Shown here: positions 1 through 8,734 of the stretch, in pieces
How positions within the stretch are numbered: the first letter of the stretch is position 1
Layout: every line of letters starts with the position of its first letter
From: Tubulanus polymorphus
Lineage: Eukaryota; Animalia; Nemertea
Direction: 5' to 3'
Length of the DNA: 64,000 nt
Assembly: GCF_964204645.1 (NCBI RefSeq)
Contig: NC_134027.1
Coordinates: 21,600,560 to 21,664,559 of the forward strand
Position numbers and translations under genes: made by a program
The notes under the pieces: model-generated
Database searches by the model: none
Told to the model about the DNA's origin: nothing
Seen by the model: the letters and a program-made list of their open reading frames with translations, nothing else

Positions 1-302
1 TCATTGGATTCTATGCTGCAGATGGTTCAAAAAGTTTCAAAAACCGCAAAACAATATCTTTAGCTCAAAAAGGAAAAGTTGCTATATCAGGATTGAATAT
101 ATTATGCTGTTCATTAGGTTTTAATATGAATATTGGATTGATTAAATCTAAACCAAATTGTTTTAATTTAAGCCATGTAGAAAATGAGTTAACAGAAGAA
201 GTTAAAGATTTATTTGAAATATATAACCCAACTGACTATGTTTATGATTTATCAACAGATGATGGAACATTCAATTCTGGGTTCCCATTAATCCAAAAAA
301 AT
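1..302 (+). mobile_element. Intein (C-terminal part) with a LAGLIDADG homing-endonuclease motif inside pPolB
   Basis: IGFYAADGS (LAGLIDADG-like) at 3-29, block F YVYDLST, terminal Asn at 300-302, then Thr-Asp-Ser of polymerase motif C at 303-311. Confidence 0.88.
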
Positions 303-757
303 ACTGACAGTTACATACTAAAAATCAAGACAAATGATATAACAAAAGACTTAAAAACATTAAAACATCATTTTGATTTTAGCAATTATCCCAAAGATCA
401 TGAACTATTTAGCAATGATAATAAAAAGATTCCTGGTAAATTTAAAGATGAATTAGGAGGTGATGAAATGATTGAATTTGTTGGGATAAGAAGTAAAATG
501 TATAGTTACAGAACAAAAGATCATGAAGCTAAAAAGTTAAAAGGAATAACAAAACATGTGGTTGATAAACATATAGAATTTCAAGATTATATAAAGTGTT
601 TATATAAATCAATTGTAATGAAACACAAAATGAATTGTTTAAGATCAGAAAATCATGAAATGTACATTAATGAAGTTGAAAAAACTAGTTTAAATCCATT
701 TGATGATAAAAGGCATATTTTAGATGATGGTATAAAAACATTACCTATGGTTATTAA
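1..757 (+). CDS. Protein-primed family B DNA polymerase (pPolB), C-terminal part, intein-containing; apparent 1-nt frameshift just before the natural stop
   Basis: Frame open from base 3. Motifs TDS (second half of YxDTDS), KKIPGKFKDE, FVGIRSKMY, KLKGI, SLNPFDDKR. The expected end TLPYGY* is seen in another frame (cc tat ggt tat taa, 744-757). Confidence 0.92.
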
Positions 758-2052
758 AATGGATCTATATCATCAAACTCGAAATCACTATTGGCTTCTT
801 CATTTTCATTTAATTGTTCAGGTTCTTCTTCCATTCCATTTTTCTCATTTAAATAAAGTTCTATCTTGTTCCACATTTCATCTCGCTCTCTTTGTTTCTT
901 TTTGTTTGTTAATTCATCAAATGGAATTATAATATCTAGGTTTAAATAATTTACAATCTTATTTAAAAAGAATTCATAATTTATTGAATCTGTTATTCTA
1001 TTTTCCAAATGATACATTAATATTTGTTTAAATATTTTTTTTATATTTTCCATATCTTCTTCTGTTAATTTAGGTTTTTCATAATAATCGTTAAATAATA
1101 AATATAAATACATTTTCTTTTGTTTTGTGTTAAATGTTGGTGGAATAATTGTTTTTATAATATCTTTTTTAGTTATTTCGCCATTTTTATTTTCTATTAT
1201 TTTCATTTTTTCAAGCCATTGCATATATTCTGGTGTATGATCTTCTATAGAAAATATTTTAAAAATTTCATCAAGATAATTTAATTTTGGATCTATAAGA
1301 AAATTTCTAGTTTTTTCTTCATCCCATAAATTCTTTTGCCATCCACAATCAACACAAAATAACACAGTACCTTCTTGCCTTAAGGTCGCATAACTACATT
1401 GTGGGCATTTTTGTTTATAATTTATTGGTAATAGATTTTCATTAAGCTCTTGGTATTTTCTTACGTTTTCTTTATGTTTTATTGTTCTATTATGTAGATT
1501 TGAATTACTTGTTGTAATAATCAATTTACAATATTTACAATAATATGTTTTTCTTGTTAATTCATTATATTGTTTTTCTAACTTTTCAACTGTTTCTTCA
1601 TTATCTGGTAATGTTTTCTCATATTTTATTTTTTCTAATAAATTATTTTTTCTTTCATTGAATTCAGTTTCAAATTTATTAGAAATTTTATCTATATGTG
1701 CTTTACGAAATTGATGATTCTCCCAATCTTCTATATTTTCAGGGCTATATTTTACTTGACAAGGCTCACAGAAATGATCTTTTATATTATCCTTATCATA
1801 GAATAAGAAAGGTCTTTTCCAAATAACTTCAGGTTCAACTTCGGCAGAATTACTATCAACATTAGCCGTTGCGCCATTAATTCTACACTTCTCTGAATGT
1901 TTTTTAACATAATTTCTTGAGAATAATTTATTACATTTTGGACAGTTTATTTTAGGGGGTTTATAATTTTCATCATGTTTTTTCATATGTCGAGCCATAT
2001 TACTTTTTCTTAGAAGTTCACCACAAATTTCGCATGCTATCTTCTCATCCAT
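754..2052 (-). CDS. Multi-Zn-finger protein with a C-terminal VLTF3 (poxvirus A2)-like late transcription factor domain
   Basis: N-terminal C2H2/matrin-like fingers (CEICG..HMKKH, CPKC, CEPC..H..H, CKYC..H..H), Zn ribbon CPQC...CVDCG, and C-terminal INYEFFLNKI..L...RERDEMWNKI resembling the VLTF3 consensus NYxYxLxK..L..QDxxWxxI. Confidence 0.65.
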   Translation of the reverse strand: MDEKIACEICGELLRKSNMARHMKKHDENYKPPKINCPKCNKLFSRNYVKKHSEKCRINGATANVDSNSAEVEPEVIWKRPFLFYDKDNIKDHFCEPCQVKYSPENIEDWENHQFRKAHIDKISNKFETEFNERKNNLLEKIKYEKTLPDNEETVEKLEKQYNELTRKTYYCKYCKLIITTSNSNLHNRTIKHKENVRKYQELNENLLPINYKQKCPQCSYATLRQEGTVLFCVDCGWQKNLWDEEKTRNFLIDPKLNYLDEIFKIFSIEDHTPEYMQWLEKMKIIENKNGEITKKDIIKTIIPPTFNTKQKKMYLYLLFNDYYEKPKLTEEDMENIKKIFKQILMYHLENRITDSINYEFFLNKIVNYLNLDIIIPFDELTNKKKQRERDEMWNKIELYLNEKNGMEEEPEQLNENEEANSDFEFDDIDPF

Positions 2053-2120
2053 TTATTAAGGAAAAATTTTATTAAAATTAATTTTTAGTGATGAGCGGTA
2101 ATTTTTTCATGTTATAAATA

Positions 2121-2873
2121 ATGGTAGAATTAAAAGAATACAGAATATTTGTTGATTCTAGAAAACTTACAAATTATAAATCTCATAATTTACTAGTACA
2201 ATTAGATAGAGAATTCAAGAATTGTGTTGATTTAAAATTAGTAAATATAAGTTTATGTAATTCTTTTTATAATATAACGGATAAAACTATTGATCATAAA
2301 TTGTTTATAGTTCAGGAAAAAAATAAAAGGTATCATTTATATCTAAAACCAGGGTTATATAATTTAGATACATTGGCACAAGAAATTAATAGAAAAGCCT
2401 GGCACAAATTAGGTAGTAATTCCGGGATTAGTATTAGATTTTTAAAAAGTGATAGTTCTGATAAAATAAGGATTAGGTTAACTCGTAGTGAAAAATATCA
2501 ATTTTTAGTTAAAAAACCTATAGCTAAACTGTTAGGAATTACACCAGATAAACTTTATTCAAATGTTGATGCTACACCAAACTTAATACCTTACACACAT
2601 TTTTATATTTATTGCAATTTAATCGATCCTACAAAAACATTCGAAGCAACTAAAGATATAACTTGTAATTCTGGTTTACTAAACATTTTACCATTGAAGA
2701 ATGTTAAAGAATTTGGAACGCAAATAAATTATAATTTAACAGAATGTGATTTTAAACCATGCATTCCTAGTTTTAATAATTTTAGATTAGAAATTAGAAA
2801 TCATAATGGATACTTAATTGATTTAAATAATTTCCCTGTAATTTATGAATTAGTTATAAGATGTAAAGAGTAA
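2121..2873 (+). CDS. Probable minor capsid protein (penton, single jelly-roll)
   Basis: 250 aa, beta-rich; NSFYNI, PGLYN..L..EIN, FYIYCNLI, LEIRN.NG..IDLN pattern typical of Polinton mCP. Confidence 0.65.
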   Translation: MVELKEYRIFVDSRKLTNYKSHNLLVQLDREFKNCVDLKLVNISLCNSFYNITDKTIDHKLFIVQEKNKRYHLYLKPGLYNLDTLAQEINRKAWHKLGSNSGISIRFLKSDSSDKIRIRLTRSEKYQFLVKKPIAKLLGITPDKLYSNVDATPNLIPYTHFYIYCNLIDPTKTFEATKDITCNSGLLNILPLKNVKEFGTQINYNLTECDFKPCIPSFNNFRLEIRNHNGYLIDLNNFPVIYELVIRCKE

Positions 2874-2890
2874 TTTTTTTCACTATATAA

Positions 2891-3232
2891 ATGAATATAA
2901 CTGTTGGACCGAGTATATGTTTTGGGTTTGATTTTAAACATGGTAAAGAAATGAGAATTAAACTAAATGATGTAATTACTGATATAAAAAGTAAATCATT
3001 TAACAATGCATCAATGATTGATAAAGAAAATTATAATATAGAAAAAGTAATTGATTTAATTAAATCACCTTTAGAATATTATGAATTAAATGAAGATGGA
3101 ATTATTGAAGATATTAAAAACATATTATCCAAAATATATGATAATCATAAAACTAGTAATGAAATAAATGTTGAATTAATCATAAATAAGTTAACTAAAT
3201 ATTTTGATGATAGTAATTTTTTTGATAAATAA
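2891..3232 (+). CDS. Hypothetical Polinton protein (113 aa)
   Basis: ORF in tight array with TAAATG start; its stop abuts the next ATG. Confidence 0.6.
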   Translation: MNITVGPSICFGFDFKHGKEMRIKLNDVITDIKSKSFNNASMIDKENYNIEKVIDLIKSPLEYYELNEDGIIEDIKNILSKIYDNHKTSNEINVELIINKLTKYFDDSNFFDK

Positions 3233-3454
3233 ATGAGTGATAATAAGTGGATAATAACTGGATTATATAATGGCGCATTACTATCAGTTGGAACTGTTGG
3301 CTATTCAATGGTATTAAAAAAAGTATTCAAAATGGGAAGTGTTAATGTTGATAGATTTGATATAAATGATATTCTAAAATTAACATTAGCAGTTACTTTA
3401 TCCAATTTAACTATTGATTATTTGGAAAAACAAAAATATATTCCTCCCATATAA
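3233..3454 (+). CDS. Small hydrophobic virion/membrane protein (73 aa)
   Basis: Two hydrophobic/amphipathic segments; TAAATG start. Confidence 0.65.
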   Translation: MSDNKWIITGLYNGALLSVGTVGYSMVLKKVFKMGSVNVDRFDINDILKLTLAVTLSNLTIDYLEKQKYIPPI

Positions 3455-3479
3455 ATGCATAATTTTTTTTGCTAAATAA

Positions 3480-3902
3480 ATGGCTTCTGCAATTATAACT
3501 ATTATAGGATCAGCAATTGTTAACGCTTTAGCATTTACTGGTGGTGGATATTTATTTAAACATATTGATAAAAATAGTTCATTAGGAGAACAAAGAAGAC
3601 ATAATTTAGCGTTAGAGAAATATAATAAAGCTGCAGAAGAATATAGAGAAAAGAGACACAACTATATGGATTACATCAATAAAGAATTATATGATCAGAA
3701 GATTTCACATAGAGATTTTCAATCAGTCGATGATGCAATGAGTTTATATAACGCGGTAACAAATAAAGAAAAATTACATCTTTACGAACCTAAATTATCA
3801 GATTATTATACCCCAAGTAAAGAACAACAGAAATATGAAATAATTTGGATTTTAGGTGGAACTGTTATTGTTATATTTGTTGCTTATAAGTTTACTAATT
3901 AG
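3480..3902 (+). CDS. Membrane protein with N-terminal Gly/Ala-rich hydrophobic helix, coiled coil and C-terminal TM
   Basis: MASAIITIIGSAIVNALAFTGGGYLF ... IIWILGGTVIVIFVAY. Confidence 0.7.
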   Translation: MASAIITIIGSAIVNALAFTGGGYLFKHIDKNSSLGEQRRHNLALEKYNKAAEEYREKRHNYMDYINKELYDQKISHRDFQSVDDAMSLYNAVTNKEKLHLYEPKLSDYYTPSKEQQKYEIIWILGGTVIVIFVAYKFTN

Positions 3903-3921
3903 TAATTTTTATTCTAAATAA

Positions 3922-4356
3922 ATGGAAGATAAAGTTGATAATATTGATATTATTCCTCATGATATAAATAAAACTAAATTAAAAACATATTTAGAAAAAC
4001 AAATATTAGAATTTGAAAGTGACTTAAAGATAAAAAAGAAAAAATATTTAAAAAGTAAAATTATATATTATTTGATTATAAGTGGTTCGGTTACAATTAG
4101 TTCTGTAATAACATTTCTAGCAATATTCAGCCCATTAACACCTTTAGCTATATCAATTGGTGTATTAGGATTAAGTTCAAGTGTTTTAACTGGTATAAGT
4201 TCAAAATTAAATATAAAAAGTAATAAAGAAAAAATTAAAACTAATATAAAAGAAATTAATAAATTAAAGAACACACTAGATTATATAATAAGTTTAAATG
4301 GTCATATAACAGTTGAAGAACAAGATAAATTATTAAAAGAATTAATAAATTATTAA
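3922..4356 (+). CDS. Two-TM hairpin protein flanked by coiled coils
   Basis: IIYYLIISGSVTISSVITFLAIF and LAISIGVLGLSSSVLTGI between Lys-rich helices. Confidence 0.7.
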   Translation: MEDKVDNIDIIPHDINKTKLKTYLEKQILEFESDLKIKKKKYLKSKIIYYLIISGSVTISSVITFLAIFSPLTPLAISIGVLGLSSSVLTGISSKLNIKSNKEKIKTNIKEINKLKNTLDYIISLNGHITVEEQDKLLKELINY

Positions 4357-4372
4357 TTTTTTAATTATATAA

Positions 4373-5674
4373 ATGGGGTTTCCAAAAGCTTTCCAATATA
4401 ATAAATCAATTAAATATAATATTCCGGCAATAGATTTTAAGAAAAATATTACATATAAAAATATAGTTTTAAATTCATTAACTAATTTAGAAATTTATGT
4501 TAATGAATCACAGTTTTTTATTTCTAAAATGGAAAATATATTTAATACATATGAAGTTACTTTTACTCGAGATGAATATCATAAATATAAAGTAAAATCT
4601 AATATGAAGTATTGGCAGAACCAATTAGATTTTGCTGTTTATTGTGCAACAACAGGATGTGGAATTAGTTGGAATGATCATTTAAATAACTTAGATAAAA
4701 ATTTGAAGTATTCTGATTTAAAATTAATTCACACAATATTTAGATTTCACACATATTTTCAAATCAGAATAATATTAAATGAATTAGAATGTCCTTTACC
4801 CGGGTCTAAATATTTTAAAGAATTAGATAATAATATTAATATATCCAAGTTTTATAAAATATGTAATGAATTTAATATAAATATTAATTCCGATTTTAGA
4901 GCGCATGGTAAATTGCAAGGTGTTGGTGAAGAGTATGAAATAAAAAGAATTGATTATATGCATAGAATTGGAGCTTATCATAATTATAAAATTGATAATA
5001 ATAATGGTTGGGTTAATTTCATTTTAGAAAATGGTGAAGGTTTTACAAAATCAGGTATACAAAGAATAAATCAATCTATTAGAATTTATTTGATATGTAT
5101 TTTAGGTGCTCAAGTTGAAACAAGATCCCCAATAATTGGAAATGATAACACTTCATTCGATGCGCAGAAACAATTCAAAGTTTTATTTGAAGATTCCATT
5201 CATAATAATAAAAATAGATCGATTCCAGAAAACATTATAAGATATCAAAATTATTTAGATAAATCTCATGTAAGACTAAATTATTGTATAGGCCCTAATC
5301 TATTAATTATTTCTAATGATTTAGTATTAAAGATGGGAAATATAATTGGTTATAATAATCTAATTAAAACTGCAACGATAAATAATTCATTTGGATTAAA
5401 TGATATAAATAAAAAGATTATTACTGCTCCAAAATTAATGGAAGGTGAAAAAAATAAAAAACATATTCAATCAACTGAAACTAAAACTAAGAATATTAAA
5501 TTGGATAATGATTCCAAAATAAAAGATTACAATACATCAGAAAATATAAAAACTGATAAAATTCAACATGATATAATTAAACTAAATGATGATAATAAAT
5601 CACATGAAAATACTAAATTAGCTATAACTTGTATAGGAATTGTAATCGGAGGAATATTATATTTTAAATTTTAA
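4373..5674 (+). CDS. Hypothetical Polinton protein (433 aa) with C-terminal TM anchor
   Basis: Long intact ORF with a motif-like segment YWQNQLDFAVYCATTGCGIS; ends LAITCIGIVIGGILYF. Confidence 0.75.
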   Translation: MGFPKAFQYNKSIKYNIPAIDFKKNITYKNIVLNSLTNLEIYVNESQFFISKMENIFNTYEVTFTRDEYHKYKVKSNMKYWQNQLDFAVYCATTGCGISWNDHLNNLDKNLKYSDLKLIHTIFRFHTYFQIRIILNELECPLPGSKYFKELDNNINISKFYKICNEFNININSDFRAHGKLQGVGEEYEIKRIDYMHRIGAYHNYKIDNNNGWVNFILENGEGFTKSGIQRINQSIRIYLICILGAQVETRSPIIGNDNTSFDAQKQFKVLFEDSIHNNKNRSIPENIIRYQNYLDKSHVRLNYCIGPNLLIISNDLVLKMGNIIGYNNLIKTATINNSFGLNDINKKIITAPKLMEGEKNKKHIQSTETKTKNIKLDNDSKIKDYNTSENIKTDKIQHDIIKLNDDNKSHENTKLAITCIGIVIGGILYFKF

Positions 5675-5690
5675 TTTTTTTATTATGTAA

Positions 5691-7388
5691 ATGGATGTAG
5701 AAGGTGGAGAAGATATTCCATTGGATCCTTTAGATGAACCTGGTATAAGTGATGAACAACAACCTGATTTTGATGAAACAAGTTTCAGTAATGATAATAA
5801 AACGGCATATAATACTAATTTAGGTGAAGATGATGATTATGATGATGATTATGATGATGATCCCGAATTACGTGAAAAATTAAATAAATATTTAAAAGCT
5901 CCTGAAATTGGTAGAATTTCAACTAGAAGAGAAAGAAAAGAATTTATGGAACTATTAGAAAAACAACAAGAAAAATATCCTGATGAATATTTGGAATTAT
6001 TTAAAACGAAATCTAGAGTAACAGATACAATTGTTAACGAATTATTACCAATAGTTGTATTACATGAAATTGATACTGAAGGTGTTGTAGAACAAATTTT
6101 TAAAGATGACCCATATTTCACAAATAATTTAGAATTTAAAAATGATGCATGGTATTATAATCTTGAATTAAATAGGAATACTGTATCAATTCAATTATCT
6201 AGAATGGGTCAAGAAAATATTTATGAACCTGAAATGCGAGCAAGATCTACAATTGAAGGTTCAAAAGGTGGTAGAGAATTTCTTAGAATTATATGGAATG
6301 CAATCTATAGAATAAATGAAGAAGAACCAATTCCTAAAATTGATATAAACAAATATTCACCATTTAAAAATCCATTTAAAAATCCAAATCCTACTGATTT
6401 TGATCCAGAAATGGAAGAGAATAGAAATCGATTAGATAGATTAAGATCTTCAACACCCGAAACATCGAGAAGAGACACTCAACCAATTGATAATTATTCA
6501 AGTCAATTACAATTAGAAAAACAAATTGATAGATTAAGAGATTCAGAAGAACTGATGAATAGTGCTGGAATAAATCGACTGCAACATTTACTAGAAAAAG
6601 GATTTCTTAATTTAACTGATGAAGAATTAGAAGCATTTCCTGAACAAATACGTAGAGAAATTAAAGGTATACAAGTATCAGCTGATGAAATTGCTAATAT
6701 TAAGATGAGATTTTCTAAAATAACCATGTTAGAAAAAGAATTAATTAATGCAGAAGAAGAATTAAAACAATTAGAATTAAATAGAGATTTTAATGTAGTT
6801 TATGAAGCTGATTTTGAAAACGGAAAGTTAGCTTTAGTAAAAGAAATAGATGATTTAGAATATAACATAAAATTACAAAAAGAAGAAAGAGATATATTAT
6901 TAAAATCATATGATCTTAATCATATTAAAAAATTAAAAGTTATTTTAAAAGATTTGTTGATAAAACCAGATTCTGAAATATCATTAAAAGACAGAATAAA
7001 GTTATTATTTAAATTAGAAGGAATAACAATTCTTTCAATTCTAACATCTGTAACTATGTTATTTACAACAATTGGTTTAGCTATATCAAATGCTTTGAAA
7101 TCTACTCCTACTCCCACTCCAAATAAACCAGATAAACCTCCAGGCAATAATTCTATACAAGATAAAGTTAAAGATGGTTTAAAGAAATTAGCAAAATATT
7201 TATGGGAACTATCTAAAAAATCTGCTGCAGCACTACCAGGAGTTATTGCTTCAATTGTTGGTTTTATATTGAAATTTGCAGGAAACATTATTAACTTTGC
7301 TGCTGAACATATTATTTTATTTTTAATTACAGTTGTAAGTGCTATTATTTTTGGGTTAGTAAATATGATATCAAAAAATATCAAGTAA
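5691..7388 (+). CDS. Acidic N-terminus, long coiled coil and C-terminal multi-TM protein (565 aa)
   Basis: DE-rich start, heptad region, hydrophobic GITILSILTSVTMLFTTIGLAI, PT linker, then two further hydrophobic helices. Confidence 0.75.
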   Translation: MDVEGGEDIPLDPLDEPGISDEQQPDFDETSFSNDNKTAYNTNLGEDDDYDDDYDDDPELREKLNKYLKAPEIGRISTRRERKEFMELLEKQQEKYPDEYLELFKTKSRVTDTIVNELLPIVVLHEIDTEGVVEQIFKDDPYFTNNLEFKNDAWYYNLELNRNTVSIQLSRMGQENIYEPEMRARSTIEGSKGGREFLRIIWNAIYRINEEEPIPKIDINKYSPFKNPFKNPNPTDFDPEMEENRNRLDRLRSSTPETSRRDTQPIDNYSSQLQLEKQIDRLRDSEELMNSAGINRLQHLLEKGFLNLTDEELEAFPEQIRREIKGIQVSADEIANIKMRFSKITMLEKELINAEEELKQLELNRDFNVVYEADFENGKLALVKEIDDLEYNIKLQKEERDILLKSYDLNHIKKLKVILKDLLIKPDSEISLKDRIKLLFKLEGITILSILTSVTMLFTTIGLAISNALKSTPTPTPNKPDKPPGNNSIQDKVKDGLKKLAKYLWELSKKSAAALPGVIASIVGFILKFAGNIINFAAEHIILFLITVVSAIIFGLVNMISKNIK

Positions 7389-7424
7389 ACCATGATATCA
7401 AAAAATATCAAGTAAACCATGATA
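7365..7424 (+). repeat. 27-bp tandem duplication spanning a stop codon
   Basis: ATGATATCAAAAAATATCAAGTAAACC twice, plus ATGATA. Confidence 0.9.
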
Positions 7425-7456
7425 AAAAATAAAGAATTAATTTTTTTGTTAAATAA

Positions 7457-8704
7457 ATGAGTGGGAGTTATATAAGTCCTTCTAAGATTTCTAGAATATC
7501 TAATGCTATTAAAGCAGAAAGATCACATCATATAATTACTCATAACCCTTCAAATATTAATCCCGATGAAACTTTATATGTGAGGATTCCTCGATTAACA
7601 CAAAATACTTTTTATGTTCCAAACAGTATTTATTTATCCGCTGATATAAAAGTAATCGGTAATAATAATAATTATGTTGTTGATAATGTTGGAAGATATT
7701 TGATTAAAAAGTTAACAATAAAGATTGGTCCAGAAACAGTTTTCTCATTAGATGATTATAATTTATTTATGCATTATAAAGATTTATGGTTAACAAAAGA
7801 AAATAGAAATAATATGATATTTCAGGGTATTCAATCAGAAAACCAAAATAAATTAAGATCAGAAGCTAATAGCGCAATATTAACAAATGATGCAGATAAA
7901 TTGATAAAAAGTATATATGGAAGCAAATATAAAATTCCATTAGACTTTGAATTGATAAATAATAATGCACCTTTATATAAATACGCAATTCAAGAAGATA
8001 TTATATTTGAGATAACATTTGCTCCTGTAAATGAAATTGTATTATCTAGTGTTGTTAAAGATATGAGTTATAAATTATCGAATATATGTTTAGAATATGA
8101 TACAGTAACTGATGAAAATATTTCAAGTATAATTCAAACTCAATACAATCAAGGGTTTTCATTATTATATGATTATATTGATAAATTTAAAACTGTAACT
8201 ATTAATGCAAATGATGAAATAATAAATGAGAATATTAACTTCCCAAGAAGATCTATTAAAGGTATATTAATATTTTTTACTATTGGAACGTATACTAATG
8301 GTGCAATAAATGTTGACAATTATTATAATCCTGAAATAACAAAAGTAGAAATAACTATTGAAGGTATAGCAAATAAAATATTTTGTCAAGGAATGAGAAT
8401 GATTGATCAATGGGTAGAAATTAAAAAACATTTTATGAATGAAAAAGTAAAATCATTTGAAAATTGTAACATTAATCAAATTGATTATTATACTGGTAAT
8501 AAATATGCATTATGGTTAGATTTTAGAACAACAGAAGATAATTCATTACATGGTTCTGGAAAAAAACTACAGAACACTAAAGATGGAATACAATTATTCA
8601 TGAAAAAGAATAAAGGAATCAAAAATTTTAAAATGCACATTTATATTATATCTGACGCGCAATTAAATATTGTAAATTCACAATTAGATAGTATTCAATA
8701 TTAG
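7457..8704 (+). CDS. Major capsid protein (double jelly-roll)
   Basis: 415 aa, beta-strand rich; HNPSNINPDETLYVRIP, IKKLTIKIG, LSNICLEYD, ALWLDFR; next to integrase and ATPase as in Polintons. Confidence 0.8.
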   Translation: MSGSYISPSKISRISNAIKAERSHHIITHNPSNINPDETLYVRIPRLTQNTFYVPNSIYLSADIKVIGNNNNYVVDNVGRYLIKKLTIKIGPETVFSLDDYNLFMHYKDLWLTKENRNNMIFQGIQSENQNKLRSEANSAILTNDADKLIKSIYGSKYKIPLDFELINNNAPLYKYAIQEDIIFEITFAPVNEIVLSSVVKDMSYKLSNICLEYDTVTDENISSIIQTQYNQGFSLLYDYIDKFKTVTINANDEIINENINFPRRSIKGILIFFTIGTYTNGAINVDNYYNPEITKVEITIEGIANKIFCQGMRMIDQWVEIKKHFMNEKVKSFENCNINQIDYYTGNKYALWLDFRTTEDNSLHGSGKKLQNTKDGIQLFMKKNKGIKNFKMHIYIISDAQLNIVNSQLDSIQY

Positions 8705-8734
8705 AAATATAAAGTTAAAATTAAGGATATATAA

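Noticed and set aside
93-95. TTG start of the 279-aa ORF
   Set aside because: The frame is open to the window edge; the gene starts upstream.
758-932. Hydrophobic C-terminal extension of pPolB in the ORF track
   Set aside because: Read-through caused by the frameshift at ~745; it is simply antisense to the Zn-finger gene.
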